Positions 50,852-60,997 of a DNA stretch of 64,000 bases are shown here, piece by piece. Under the pieces are notes generated by a model, which was given only the letters and a program-made list of their open reading frames with translations, had not been told where the DNA came from and searched no databases. The translations under genes and the position numbers were made by a program. Position 1 is the stretch's first letter. The number at the start of each line of letters is the position of its first letter. Origin of the DNA: an uncultured Gammaproteobacteria bacterium (lineage in GTDB: Bacteria > Pseudomonadota > Gammaproteobacteria > JACCXJ01); the NCBI GenBank assembly GCA_963764725.1, contig CAVXTM010000016.1:128001-192000 (forward strand), given 5' to 3'.

Positions 50852-52490
50852 TTAGTTGACCAATTCGATCTCGCTCGGCCGCCATTCCTTCGTGAAGAAG
50901 GGTTCGAGCGGGCTGTAGAGGCGCAGGAGCGTGAACCAGCCCTTGCCGGGCATGGTCTGGATCCAGTTGCCGCGTTTCACGCCCTCCGGCTGGGTCGGGC
51001 CGAAGTAGACCGTCGTGGAGCCGTCGGCGTTCGGTTCGGCGGCGGGCGACGGATAGCTCTGGCTGCCGGCGCGCGGGTAGCGCTGCGGCGTGTCGAGCAT
51101 CGAGCGCGTCTGGTTGTCGTAAAGCGTGAACGACCAGAACGCGCGCGCGGGAATGTTCTTCGGCAGCGTCACCTTGTAGGTCTTGCCGCCGTCGTAGGGA
51201 TTGCCGTCGGCGTCGAGGAAGCCCATGAGATACTGCGAGCCGACGTCGGGAATGCGCATGATCATGCCCGGCGAGTCGAGGGTGTAGCCGTAGTAGAACG
51301 CCGTGCGCGAGTCGAGGGTCCGCGCGCCGGTCGGCGGCAACGGCTTGAACATGCCCTCCTTGGTGAACTCGGGCGGCGGCGTCTCGAAGTTGGCGCCGCC
51401 CTCCCACAGCATGTTGCCCCACATCGAACCGGGGTAGTACGACCAATCAGGATGAGCCACGCTGTAGCGCCAGTTCAGCATGCGGCCGGCGGCGTTGCCC
51501 ACCGCGGCGGCGTCGGTGAGGATCTTCTTCATCCGCGTCATCCGGCTTGAACGGCTTGCCCTTGACGATGCCGATGGCGGCCAACTGCCCGGCGAGCTCC
51601 ACATCGTAGCTGCCGGCCGGCTCTTGCTGCACGTTCTCGTTGATCATCTCGAAGAACGAGAAGTCGCTTGGGCGGAATCGTGTTGAACGACTTGCCGCTG
51701 CCTTCGACGAACTTGGTTTCGGGCACGGGCGGATTGGCTTCGAGCCGGACCTTGCCTTCGAGCGCCGTGGCGATGCTCGTGCCCACGCCGCCCGGCGTGT
51801 AGGGATAGATCTTGATCGTCTTCTTGATCAGTTCTCGACGGTCGGCTTCGGATCGTTGTTGACCAGGAACGAGCGCGCCGCGTACAGCACGCGGTTGGTC
51901 TTCGAGTGCGCGATGTAAAATCCGCCCTCGGGAAGCGGGCCGTCATAGCCGGGCGGCACGAGCAGGTACTTGCCGCCTTCGCCGCGATCGGGGCCAGGGA
52001 ACCCGATGTCGATGATCCACGGAAACCACATGTCGTTGATGGTGCCAAGCCCCATCGGCGGCTGCTCGACCACCATCGGCCCCTTCGTCAGATTCACCAC
52101 GGCCATGTAATAGACGGTGTCGGCATTGGCGGTGAGGAACAGCGACTTCGCGTCCATCAGTTCGGAGATAGATGAGAACCGAATTGTCCTCGGCGCCGAT
52201 GCTGCGAAAGCCCTGGCGGATCGCATAGGCCGACGCGCCCCGGAAGCTGTTGTTGAACACGTTTACGGCGCGGGTGAAGTCCAGAGCGTCGCGCACCCTC
52301 TCGGCTGTTTCGACGTGGGCGCGCCGTCCTTGTATTCGAGCGTGCCGATGCGCGTCTCGACTTTGTCTGGTGTGGTGATCGCTGCAGGGATGGCAGGCGT
52401 CGTTTGCGCCTCCGCTTCACCCGCACCAGGAAAAACAGTTGCGGCAAAGGCAATCGCCAGCAGGGAGAATTTTTTTCGGATGGGTTTCAT
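50852..52490 (-). CDS. DUF1254/DUF1214 domain exported protein, multiple frameshifts
   Basis: Signal peptide, ITTPDKVETRIGTL, LFLTANADTVY, GPDRGEGGKYLLVPPGY, FWSFTLYD, NWIQTMPGKGWF..RLYSPLEPFF. Confidence 0.88.
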
Positions 52491-52544
52491 GGCTCGGTCT
52501 GGTCTCATGTTGTGGTAAGAAGGTGTTTGGTCCGCCGGCAAATT

Positions 52545-52613
52545 CGCCGCCGAGAATATCCCGACGGCCAGCGCCGCCAGGGGGCTCGGTGTAATTTTCT
52601 TTCGAGGTTTCAT
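52545..52613 (-). pseudogene. Orphan copy of the signal-peptide-coding start of the sulfatase at 58640
   Basis: 69 bp nearly identical to 58572-58640 (MKPRKKITPS[P/A]LAAL[A/S]VG[I/M]FSAA), in frame with the DUF1254 gene. Confidence 0.85.
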
Positions 52614-52812
52614 CAGAGACCTGTGCTATGGACCAACGAGTTCAATCTATAGGTGAACTGGTTGAAGGGTCGGTGCCCCAAGATCGATTTGTGTGAGTTT
52701 TATGGGATCAGTCGCCCGACAGGTGACAAATGGATTGAGCGGTACCAGCGGTTGGGGCTGGCTGGGCTCAAGGAGTGGTCGCGGGCGGCCAAGTATCATC
52801 CCAATGCGATTG
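52612..52812 (+). mobile_element. IS481-family transposase N-terminal (HTH) remnant
   Basis: SETCAMDQRVQ.. then CPKIDLCEFYGISRPTGDKWIERYQRLGLAGLKEWSRAAKYHPN. Confidence 0.75.
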
Positions 52813-52822
52813 AACCGGTGCT

Positions 52823-52867
52823 GTGCCAATGAATCGCCCCACGTATTGCTGCGGGGGCACGAGCAGG
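52823..52867 (-). repeat. 45-bp relic of the sulfatase 3-prime region (53799-53844)
   Basis: Encodes LLVPPQQYVGRFIGT, matching LLVPAQQYVG/KFIGT. Confidence 0.85.
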
Positions 52868-52941
52868 TGCTATGAGGGTCTGGCGGTGAGCCGCGGGCTG
52901 GCATATGATCAGGTGGTGTAAACTTCGAGAAGCGACACGCC

Positions 52942-53178
52942 ATGTCCAAATCGGCAAGCGATCTCCTCCAACGCATAACCACAGAGCCCGGCAAGTGCGG
53001 CGGGAAGCCGTGTATCCGGGGCATGCGAATCCGCGTGGTGGACGTGCTCGAACTGCTTGCGAATAACGTTTCGCCCGAGCAGATCCTGGCCGACTATCCC
53101 GACCTGGAGCCCGAAGACATCCAGGCAAGCTTGCTGTTCGCCGCTCAACGCGCCAATCACGCTCGGCTGGTGGCGTGA
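52942..53178 (+). CDS. DUF433 family antitoxin
   Basis: RITTEPGKCGGKPCIRGMRIRVVDVLELL..EQILADYPDLEPEDIQA. Confidence 0.93.
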   Translation: MSKSASDLLQRITTEPGKCGGKPCIRGMRIRVVDVLELLANNVSPEQILADYPDLEPEDIQASLLFAAQRANHARLVA

Positions 53179-53516
53179 GGTTCATTGTCGATGCGCAATT
53201 GCCGCCGGGGTTGGCGCGATACCTGGCTGACCGGTTTAACGTCCAAGCGAGCCATGTGCGGGAACTCGGCCTGAGAGATGCCGACGATCAAACCATCTTT
53301 CAGCATGCCAGGCAGACCTCGTCGATTGTCGTCACCAAAGATAGCGACTTCGTGGAACTTGTTTATCGACATGGCGCTCCTCCACAGATCGTCTGGGTGA
53401 CCTGCGGCAACACGACCAATGACAATCTCAACCGGATCTTTGCGGACACTTTCGCGAGCGCACTCCAACTCCTCGCCGCCGGCGAGACGCTGGTCGAGAT
53501 TACCGAAACCAGCTAG
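53175..53516 (+). CDS. DUF5615 PIN-like toxin (VapC45-like)
   Basis: MRFIVDAQLPP, HVRELGLRDADD, VVTKDSDF, WVTCGN; GTG overlaps the DUF433 stop. Confidence 0.9.
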   Translation: MRFIVDAQLPPGLARYLADRFNVQASHVRELGLRDADDQTIFQHARQTSSIVVTKDSDFVELVYRHGAPPQIVWVTCGNTTNDNLNRIFADTFASALQLLAAGETLVEITETS

Positions 53517-53539
53517 CACCGCTGCCGTCCGGAAAGAGC

Positions 53540-53707
53540 TCACTGCTCAAACGCGAAAATCCGCTTCCAGTCGTTCTTCATGCTGATGACCGTCCAGCCC
53601 TGTTTCTTCGCCTCGTCGTACAGCGCCTGGGTGAAGGTGCCGACCTTGGTGTCGCGCAGGTTCTGCGCCGGGCCGTAGGCGTATTCGCGCTTGGCGCCGT
53701 CGTTGAA
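53540..53707 (-). pseudogene. C-terminal remnant of a HAD phosphatase paralogue
   Basis: DGAKREYAYGPAQNLRDTKVGTFTQALYDEAKKQGWTVISMKNDWKRIFAFEQ*, paralogous to the end of 55797-56828. Confidence 0.88.
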
Positions 53708-55256
53708 TCAGTCGTTGCGGCCGGGCGTCTGTAACGCCTGCAACGCGGCATCCAGCGAGAAAGTGCCGCCCTTCTGGCTGGGCGGAAATTCCCTGAACGT
53801 GCCAATGAACTTGCCCCACGTATTGCTGCGCGGGCACGAGCAGGAAAATGTGCTCGACCCACCAGCGGTTCCAGTCCATGCCTTCCTGGTCTCCGATTTC
53901 GAACGGGTCGGATCGCAGATTGAAGATCTTCGGCGCGCGCAGCGTCTTGAACGGATTGCGCCAGACCGCTGCGCCGTGCGCGTTCTGCTCGGCGAAGACG
54001 ATCTTCCACTGGTCGTAACGCAACCCGACGAGCTGGCCGTCGTCGTTGAAATAGAAGAAATCATGGCGCGGGCTGGGCGACTTGCCGGCGAGCGCGTCGG
54101 TGATGTTGTAGCCGTCGAGATGGACCTTGAAGGTTTTGTTGCCGACCTGCATGCCCTTCCTGAGCTGCTCCTTCGCGTCGGGCACGCCGGCAGCCGCCAG
54201 CAGCGTCGGGAGCATGTCCTCGTGGGCGAAGATGTCGTTGAGCACGGTGCCGGGCTTGATGACGCCCGGCCAGCGAATGGCCGTCGGCACGCGATAGCCA
54301 CCTTCCCAGTTGGTGTTCTTCTCGCCGCGGAACGGCGATGTGCCACCGTCGGGCCAGGTGAATTTCTCCGCGCCGTTGTCGGTCGAGTACATCACGATGG
54401 TATTGCCGTCGAGGCCGAGCTCCTTGAGCGCGTCCAGGATCTGGCCGACGTGGGCGTCGTGCTCAACCATGCCGTCGGGATAGATGCCGAGGCCCGTCTT
54501 CCCACGGGCCGACTCCTTGAGCCGCGTCCAGATGTGCATGCGAGTCGAGTTCCACCAGAGGAAGAAGGGCTTGTCGGCCTTCTTCGCATCGGTCATGAAG
54601 CGGATCGTCTCTTTGGTGACCTCGTCGTCGATGGTCTCCATCCGCTTCTTGTCGAGCGCGCCCGTGCTCTCGATCTTCTGCGTGCCGTCGGGATTGGCCC
54701 AGGTGTGGATCACGCCGCGGGTGCCGAAGCGCTTGCGCAACTCCGGGTTCTTGAAGTAGTCCTCGTGCTCGGGCTCGTCTTCGGCGTTCAGGTGGTAGAG
54801 CGAGCCCTTGAACTCCTGGAAGCCGTGCACGGTGGGCAGGTGCTCGTCGAGGTCGCCCAAATGGTTCTTCCCGAACTGCCCGGTCGCGTAGCCCTGCGCC
54901 TTGAGCAGCTCGGCGATGGTGACGTCTCTCGCCTGAAGCCCTTCCTTGGCGCCGGGCAGGCCGACCTTCAGCAGGCCGGTGCGGTACGGCGACTGTCCGG
55001 TGATGAACGCGGCGCGTCCCGCGGTGCAGCTCTGCTGACCGTACCAGTCGGTGAACAGCGCGCCTTCCTTGGCGATGCGGTCGATGTTGGGCGTCCTGTA
55101 GCCCATCATCCCCTGGTTGTAGGCGCTGAGGTTCCAGTAGCCGATGTCGTCGCCCCAGATGACGAGGATGTTCGGCTTCTTCTGCTGGGCAAGCGCCGGC
55201 GCGCACGCGACGGCCGCGAGCACGATCGCAAGGAATTTTACAAGTGTCCTCGTCAT
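53708..55256 (-). CDS. Arylsulfatase (Cys-type, CTAGR motif), frameshift near 53812
   Basis: Signal peptide, PNILVIWGDDIG, QQSCTAGRAAFITG, GKNHLGD, TDNGAE, FNLRSDPFE; true C-terminus FREFPPSQKGGTFSL..GRND*. Confidence 0.93.
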
Positions 55257-55340
55257 GGTGCTGACTCCTCAATTCGCGGGAATCCAGTTGCTGGTTGCAT
55301 TACATGAATATCTGATAATATGATACGGGTTAAATTTATT

Positions 55341-55391
55341 CCCCGCGGTCTTGCCGCGGGATCCTTAGCCATGGGGTTCATACCCCGTGGT
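55341..55391. repeat. Pair of GC hairpins (cccgcgg-tcttg-ccgcggg; ccatgggg-ttcata-ccccgtgg)
   Basis: Two adjacent inverted repeats in an AT-rich intergenic gap. Confidence 0.55.
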
Positions 55392-55439
55392 GGCGAAATC
55401 AAATTGATTATCGTCGCGGGAATCCTCGAGGGAATCCAC

Positions 55440-55637
55440 ATGGCGGACAAGATCACTGCAACAGACGCGGCACGCAGGTTCTCGGAAGTCCTGAACCAGG
55501 TGCGTTATCAGGGCGCCGAGTTCGACATCGTTCGCGGCAAGGAAGTGGTTGCGCGGCTGGTGCCGGCAGCGCCGGCGGGAGGTGTCGCCCTCGATCGGCT
55601 CGACGAACTCGCGCGCGCGTCCACGCACGCCTCGTAA
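55440..55637 (+). CDS. Orphan Phd/YefM-family antitoxin (probably truncated; no toxin follows)
   Basis: KITATDAARRFSEVLNQVRYQGAEFDIVRGKEVVARLVP. Confidence 0.8.
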   Translation: MADKITATDAARRFSEVLNQVRYQGAEFDIVRGKEVVARLVPAAPAGGVALDRLDELARASTHAS

Positions 55638-55796
55638 GTTCGCTCGGACGTGGAATAACGCTCGGTTCGCTCGACCTCATCATCGGTGCCACAGCAATCC
55701 GCCACGGTTTTCCTGTGCTGACCACGAACGCCGCCGATTTCCGCCGTATGCCGGGCTGCACCGTGGAAGCCCTGGAATAGCCTTGCCTTCCGTCCG

Positions 55797-56828
55797 CTAC
55801 TCGAACGCGAAGATCTTCTTCCAGTCGTTCTTCATGCTGATGACGGTCCAGCCCTTCTTCTTCGCCTCGTCATAGAGCGCCTGGGTAAAGGTGCCGACCT
55901 TGGTATCTGGGAGCCCGTGTGCAGGTCCGTACGCATACTCACGTTTTGCATCGTCGTGCAGTACGAGCATCGCAAGGCGCGCGCCGTCACCGGCTTTCGT
56001 GTACTCGAGCATCTGCTGGTCGCCGGTCGAGTTGCCGAACGCCACGTGTGGTTGCCGTCCGATCATCAAGTGGATGCCCTCGGGCTTGCCGGCGTTGTTG
56101 TCGTTCAACAGCAGCTTCGGCTCTTTGGTCAGGAACGGCTTGCCGCTCTTGTCGTAGCCGTATTTCGTCCCGCCGGCGGTGCCGACCACTTGCTCGGGCG
56201 GAATGCCGTAGGTCGCTCCCGAGTAGACGCGCACGAAATCCTGGCCGCCGCCGGTAACGATGTAGGTCTTGTAGCCGTTGGCGCGCAGGTACTTGAGCAC
56301 CTCCTGCATGGGCTGGTAGGTGAGCTCGGTATAGGGTCGCTTCCAACGCGGATCCTTCGCCTCCGAGATCCACTTCGTGGCCTCGGCGTTGAACTGATCG
56401 ACCGACATGCCGGTCAACGTCGCGGCGAGGATCTTGAACAGGTCGTCCTTCGGCAGTTTCGCGATCGCTTCGCGGTTACCCGACAGCACGGTCTTGAACG
56501 GCTCGACCTTCGCGAGCTCCGGCTTCGCCTTCACGACGGCCGGCAGCCGATCGAGGCAGTACATCACCTGCGAGTACATCGGATGTTCGACCCACAATGT
56601 GCCGTCCTGGTCGAAGGTGGCGATGCGCTCCGCCGGCGGCACGAACTTCGGGCTCCCCTGCGTCGTGGTCGTCCGCACGAACTCGACGATCGCCTTCTTG
56701 GCCGGACCGTCGTTCCAGGAGGGTAGCGGATCGGTCTGGGCGTGCGCTTGCACGGCCACGAACAGCAGGGTGCAGAGTGCCAAACCAACTGCACGACGCC
56801 ACTGGAAAAAAGCTCTTGCAAATCTCAT
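55797..56828 (-). CDS. Exported HAD-family hydrolase (nonspecific acid phosphatase-like)
   Basis: Signal peptide, DPLPSWNDG, FDQDGTLWVE (DxD), IVTGGG, GK, FGNSTGD. Confidence 0.92.
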   Translation of the reverse strand: MRFARAFFQWRRAVGLALCTLLFVAVQAHAQTDPLPSWNDGPAKKAIVEFVRTTTTQGSPKFVPPAERIATFDQDGTLWVEHPMYSQVMYCLDRLPAVVKAKPELAKVEPFKTVLSGNREAIAKLPKDDLFKILAATLTGMSVDQFNAEATKWISEAKDPRWKRPYTELTYQPMQEVLKYLRANGYKTYIVTGGGQDFVRVYSGATYGIPPEQVVGTAGGTKYGYDKSGKPFLTKEPKLLLNDNNAGKPEGIHLMIGRQPHVAFGNSTGDQQMLEYTKAGDGARLAMLVLHDDAKREYAYGPAHGLPDTKVGTFTQALYDEAKKKGWTVISMKNDWKKIFAFE

Positions 56829-56927
56829 CGAAGTCTCTCCTCTTGCCCCTCGCATGAAAACCACCGAGAAAAACGGGCGCCCGCGATAGGGCGCCCGCTC
56901 CGTCACTTCATGCTCGTTCACAGGCAG

Positions 56928-58640
56928 CTAGTCGCTCCCGCCACCGGCATTGGCCTTCTTGACCTGCTCCAGGATCCCACTGAGGTTGTAGGTCTCGGGA
57001 GCCTGCAGCGGCGGGAACTTCTCGTACGACATCAGTTCCTTCATCCACAGCTGCTGGCCGATGGGCAGCATGTTCCAGTCGTACTGGAAGGCGGTCTGCG
57101 GGGCGCCGAGCGCGCCGCCCAAGCTCATCGCCGACTTCTGGTCGATGCCGACCGCCTGCTCGAAGGGATCGCGCTTGATGTTCTGGACCAAGGTGAAGTG
57201 GAAGGGCACGAGCGGCATGATCCAGCCGGCCGGTCCGGGCTGCGACATGTTGTAGTACATCTTCCAGTTCTTGTAGCGGACCGCGGACGGCGTCGACCCC
57301 GAGAAGTAGAAGAAGTAGTCGCGCGCCGACTTGTCGGTCTTGCCCTCGAGGAAGTCGCGCTGGTTGACGCCGTCGAGCGTGGTCTTGACGATGCCCGGAT
57401 ACTTGCCCGCCTCGATCTGTTCCTTCAGCTCGTCGCCGCTGGGGCCGCCGGCGATGTCGACCAAGGTCGGCACCCAGTCGAGGGCGGCGAAGAGCTGGCT
57501 GTGCACCGTGCCCGGCTCGATGACGCCCTTCCAGCGGATCACCATCGGCGCGCGGTAGCCGCCTTCCCAGGCCTCGCCCTTCTGGCCTTTGAACGGCGTG
57601 ATGCCGCCATCGGGGAAGCTGATCGTCTCGGCGCCGTTGTCGGTGGTGAAGACGACGATGGTGTTGTCGAGCTGGTCCATGTCCTCGAGCTTCTTCAGCA
57701 CGAGGCCGATGTTGTCGTCCATCTGCTTCATGCCGGCTTCGTTGACGCCCCAGTCCTTGCCGCCCCGCGTGCCCAGCATGGCCTCGTACTTCGGCGACAG
57801 CATGGTCACAACGTGCATGCGCGCCGGGTTGTACCAGACGAAGAAGGGCTTGTCGGTTTTCTTCGGGTCGTTGCGGTCGAGGAAGTCGATGACCTTGGCG
57901 GAGATCTCCTCGTCCACGGTCCTCGACCGGTCCAGCGTCAGCGGCCCCTCGTCCTTGCAGGTCTGGTTCTTCTCGGTGCCGTCGGAGGAGGTGCAGAAGA
58001 GCACCGGCCGCGGCGGTGTCAGACACGTGGTGGTCCGGGGGTCGACGGCGCCCGGAACCTCGGCAACGCCGGGGATCGGCGTGTTCTTGCACGGCGGAGC
58101 GACGCCCTGCTCCGTCGGCGTCTTGTTGATGTCGGGGAAGCTCACCTGCTGCATCGCGTCGAGGTGGTACAGGTAGCCCCAGTACTCCTGGAAGCCGTGC
58201 GCCGTCGGCAGGGCCGCGGTGTGGTCGCCCAGGTGGTTCTTGCCGAACTCGCCGGTGTTGTACCCGAGATCGAGCAGGAACTTGGCGAGCGCCGGGGTGC
58301 CGGGCCGCAGGTAGGAGGGGCTGCCCGGGAGCTGCGGCGGGATCATGCCCGTGCGCAGCGGGTACATGCCGGTGAAGAAGGCGTTGCGCCCGGAAGTGCA
58401 GCTCTGCATGGCGACGTAGTCGACGAACATCGCGCCTTCTTTGCCGATGCGGTCGATGTTCGGCGTCTCACCGACCATCAGGCCGCGGTGGTAGATGCTC
58501 GGCTGCATCCAGCCGATGTCATCGCCCATGATGAAGAGGATGTTGGGTTTGTCCGCCGCAAAGGCTGGCGACGCCGCCGAGAACATCCCGACGGATAGCG
58601 CCGCCAGGGCGCTCGGTGTAATTTTCTTTCTAGGTTTCAT
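56928..58640 (-). CDS. Arylsulfatase (Cys-type, CTSGR motif), intact
   Basis: AGGAGG RBS, signal peptide, PNILFIMGDDIG, QSCTSGRNAFFTG, GKNHLGD, TDNGAE, KRDPFE. Confidence 0.95.
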   Translation of the reverse strand: MKPRKKITPSALAALSVGMFSAASPAFAADKPNILFIMGDDIGWMQPSIYHRGLMVGETPNIDRIGKEGAMFVDYVAMQSCTSGRNAFFTGMYPLRTGMIPPQLPGSPSYLRPGTPALAKFLLDLGYNTGEFGKNHLGDHTAALPTAHGFQEYWGYLYHLDAMQQVSFPDINKTPTEQGVAPPCKNTPIPGVAEVPGAVDPRTTTCLTPPRPVLFCTSSDGTEKNQTCKDEGPLTLDRSRTVDEEISAKVIDFLDRNDPKKTDKPFFVWYNPARMHVVTMLSPKYEAMLGTRGGKDWGVNEAGMKQMDDNIGLVLKKLEDMDQLDNTIVVFTTDNGAETISFPDGGITPFKGQKGEAWEGGYRAPMVIRWKGVIEPGTVHSQLFAALDWVPTLVDIAGGPSGDELKEQIEAGKYPGIVKTTLDGVNQRDFLEGKTDKSARDYFFYFSGSTPSAVRYKNWKMYYNMSQPGPAGWIMPLVPFHFTLVQNIKRDPFEQAVGIDQKSAMSLGGALGAPQTAFQYDWNMLPIGQQLWMKELMSYEKFPPLQAPETYNLSGILEQVKKANAGGGSD

Positions 58641-58657
58641 GTTGTTGACTCCTCCTG

Positions 58658-58682
58658 TATTGTAAAGCTTTATTGTAAAGCT
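58658..58682. promoter_or_regulatory. Direct repeat TATTGTAAAGCT x2 just upstream of the sulfatase RBS
   Basis: 12-bp unit with a 13-bp period; could be an operator or a stutter artefact. Confidence 0.3.
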
Positions 58683-58893
58683 CGCGGAAGCGAATCACTC
58701 CTGCGGTCCCCGGGTCGCTTGGGCGGCGCGCGGCTGGAGAGGTGAGGATAAGCCGAGACAGCCGCCCGCTGATCGATGCGCCGGACCGGCGGCCCGCCCG
58801 TTGCGGCGTGATCGAAGGATAGGGTTTTCAACGGGGACTTGCAATTGACGGCAATGGACAATGCTTGGTCTTACGGGCCGGACGGTGATTTGG

Positions 58894-60633
58894 CTACGAG
58901 AGATCTTCATCGGCTTTGAACACGTGAGCCAGCGCCGCCAGGGTGACCACCCCGACGAGATCCTCCGCCCGCCGGGAGTCCGGATTGCGCGATACCAGGA
59001 TGAGCTCGGCCTCCGCCTCCCACAAGGCGCCCGCGGCCGCCAGAAGCGTGGCTTGTTCCCCCACCACCACGTAGCGCAGGGAGCGGGCGGCAGACTCGAC
59101 AGCGGTCGAGCCTGGCTCAGCGCCCGACTGCCTTGTCACTCCGGAAATCGCGGCGTCCTCCGAATGCACAATGATCGCGGCGCCCGTTGGAATTTCGCCA
59201 CCTTCGGGAACGACAGCGAAATCTGTTGTCATCAGATCCTGGATTCGCTGGGAAGTCAGCACCGACGCGTGCAATCCCTGCGGCACCGAGTGGCCACGCG
59301 CGCGCAGCTTCATCGTGTAGATGCTGTCGTCCATGATCCATTTGCGCACGGCGTAGGCGACCGAGCAGGTGATGACCAGGGGGAGCATGATGGAATAATC
59401 CTTGGTCATCTCGGAAAGCATGATGATGCCTGTGAGCACGGCCCCGGTTGACCCGCCGATCGCCGCCGCCATTCCGGCGATGGCGAAAGTGGGGATGGCA
59501 ATGTTGAGGCCGGGCATCAATGCCTGACAAAGATACCCGAACGCCGCACCACCGGCCGCGCCCATGAACAACGCCGGGGAGAAGACGCCGCCGGACGCAC
59601 CGGAACCGAGTGACAGGCAGGTCGCCAGAAGTTTCAGCGCCGCCAGCAGGAGCAGGAACCATGGGGAGGTCAACGATCCCTGGAGTATCTCCATGATGGT
59701 CGCGTAACCGACGCCTTCGACATAGTAGTGGCCGGCGTGGCGCATGAGCAGAAACATCATCACGCCGACGCAGAGCATGCCCAGCGCGTGGCGCGTGTAG
59801 TAATTGCCGGGAATGGCCTCGAAGACGTCCTCCATCCAGTAGAGTCCGCGGATGAAGGCGACAGACAGTAGCCCCATCAAGGCGCCCAGGACAAGGAACA
59901 CGGCCAGCCCCCAAGACTGCATCAACTGGAAGTCGGGCCTCTCCAGCGCCGGGACGTAAAAGGAGGGATCGGTTCCCAGAAGCAAGTGGCTGATCCGAGT
60001 CGCCACCACGGTCGCCATCGTCACCAGCAGGAGATTGCGCGCGTTGATGGACACCAGCAAAAGCTCGAGGGCGAAGACGATGCCGCCGAGCGGCGCGTTG
60101 AACGTCGCCGCGATCCCGGCCCCCGCTCCGGCCGCGATGAGCGTCACCCGATCGCTGGTCCGCATCGGAATCAGCGAGCCCAGCGTCGAGCCGAAGGCGG
60201 AGCCAATCTGGACAATCGGCCCCTCGCGTCCCACCGAGCCGCCGCTGCCGATCGAAACCGCCGAGGCCAGCGACTTGACCACCGCGACCCGAGGGCGGAT
60301 TCGGCCCTGGTTGTAGTAGATGGCGTCCATGACTTCCGGCACGCCATGCCCTTTGGCTTCGGGCGCGAAATTCTTCACCAGCCACGCCACCACCAGCGCA
60401 CCGGCGACGGGAACCAGCACGACGCCGACACCCCAGGGGCTGGCAGGTGTGTACACGTTGGCGTCATAGGAGAAAACCAACTGACCGAGAAAGAGCACGT
60501 TGTGGACGAATCCGATCAACATGCGAAAACCCCAGGCGCCAAAACCGGCAACAACCCCAACGGCGATCGCCATGATCATCATCAACGGGAGGCCGCGCTT
60601 CGGAGCCTTCGCGCGCCCGACCTCGTCAGCCAT
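58894..60633 (-). CDS. ClC family chloride channel / Cl-H+ antiporter with degenerate CBS-like tail
   Basis: GHGVPEV, GSGGSVGREGP, GIAATFNAPLGG, GASGGVFSP, SIYTMKL. Confidence 0.93.
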   Translation of the reverse strand: MADEVGRAKAPKRGLPLMMIMAIAVGVVAGFGAWGFRMLIGFVHNVLFLGQLVFSYDANVYTPASPWGVGVVLVPVAGALVVAWLVKNFAPEAKGHGVPEVMDAIYYNQGRIRPRVAVVKSLASAVSIGSGGSVGREGPIVQIGSAFGSTLGSLIPMRTSDRVTLIAAGAGAGIAATFNAPLGGIVFALELLLVSINARNLLLVTMATVVATRISHLLLGTDPSFYVPALERPDFQLMQSWGLAVFLVLGALMGLLSVAFIRGLYWMEDVFEAIPGNYYTRHALGMLCVGVMMFLLMRHAGHYYVEGVGYATIMEILQGSLTSPWFLLLLAALKLLATCLSLGSGASGGVFSPALFMGAAGGAAFGYLCQALMPGLNIAIPTFAIAGMAAAIGGSTGAVLTGIIMLSEMTKDYSIMLPLVITCSVAYAVRKWIMDDSIYTMKLRARGHSVPQGLHASVLTSQRIQDLMTTDFAVVPEGGEIPTGAAIIVHSEDAAISGVTRQSGAEPGSTAVESAARSLRYVVVGEQATLLAAAGALWEAEAELILVSRNPDSRRAEDLVGVVTLAALAHVFKADEDLS

Positions 60634-60712
60634 CACGCGCGTCCCGATCCTGCGCGACATGGGTTGTGGACGGGAAGAACTATCGGTCGTTGCGGAGCCC
60701 GGCCCTCTGACC

Positions 60713-60997
60713 CTATTCCCGATCCATTTGCTGTTCAATGGAATCCAGCTGGCCCGAATCGTTGAAGTGCAGGACATAGATCCCCTGCCCCACATCCGAA
60801 CGGTCATAGATCCAGTTGTCGCCATCCTTCGACGTCGGCTGCCCGCATTTATCCAGGATCTGTTGCGTGACCTGTCCGTCCAGCTGGTCGTCGGTGATGA
60901 TGGCTTGGCCACAGGTCATGGAGCCGGCCTGCGCGGTCCCACTAAGCAGCAGTCCCGTGAATCCGGCGATATAACGATATCGGATTTTCATAGTCAT
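60713..60997 (-). CDS. Small exported DUF2845-like protein
   Basis: AQAGSMTCG..ILDKCGQP..WIYDR..LHF..GQLDSI. Confidence 0.7.
   Translation of the reverse strand: MTMKIRYRYIAGFTGLLLSGTAQAGSMTCGQAIITDDQLDGQVTQQILDKCGQPTSKDGDNWIYDRSDVGQGIYVLHFNDSGQLDSIEQQMDRE

Noticed and set aside
53547-55256. ORF-track 569-aa protein as an extended sulfatase or sulfatase-HAD fusion
   Set aside because: The extension comes from the frameshift near 53812 and reads the HAD remnant out of frame; the real sulfatase stops at 53708.
48928-58598. Long plus-strand ORFs (e.g. 48928-50622, 53691-55307, 56742-58598) as overlapping genes
   Set aside because: They are antisense shadows of well-supported minus-strand genes, expected in high-GC DNA; no recognisable motifs.
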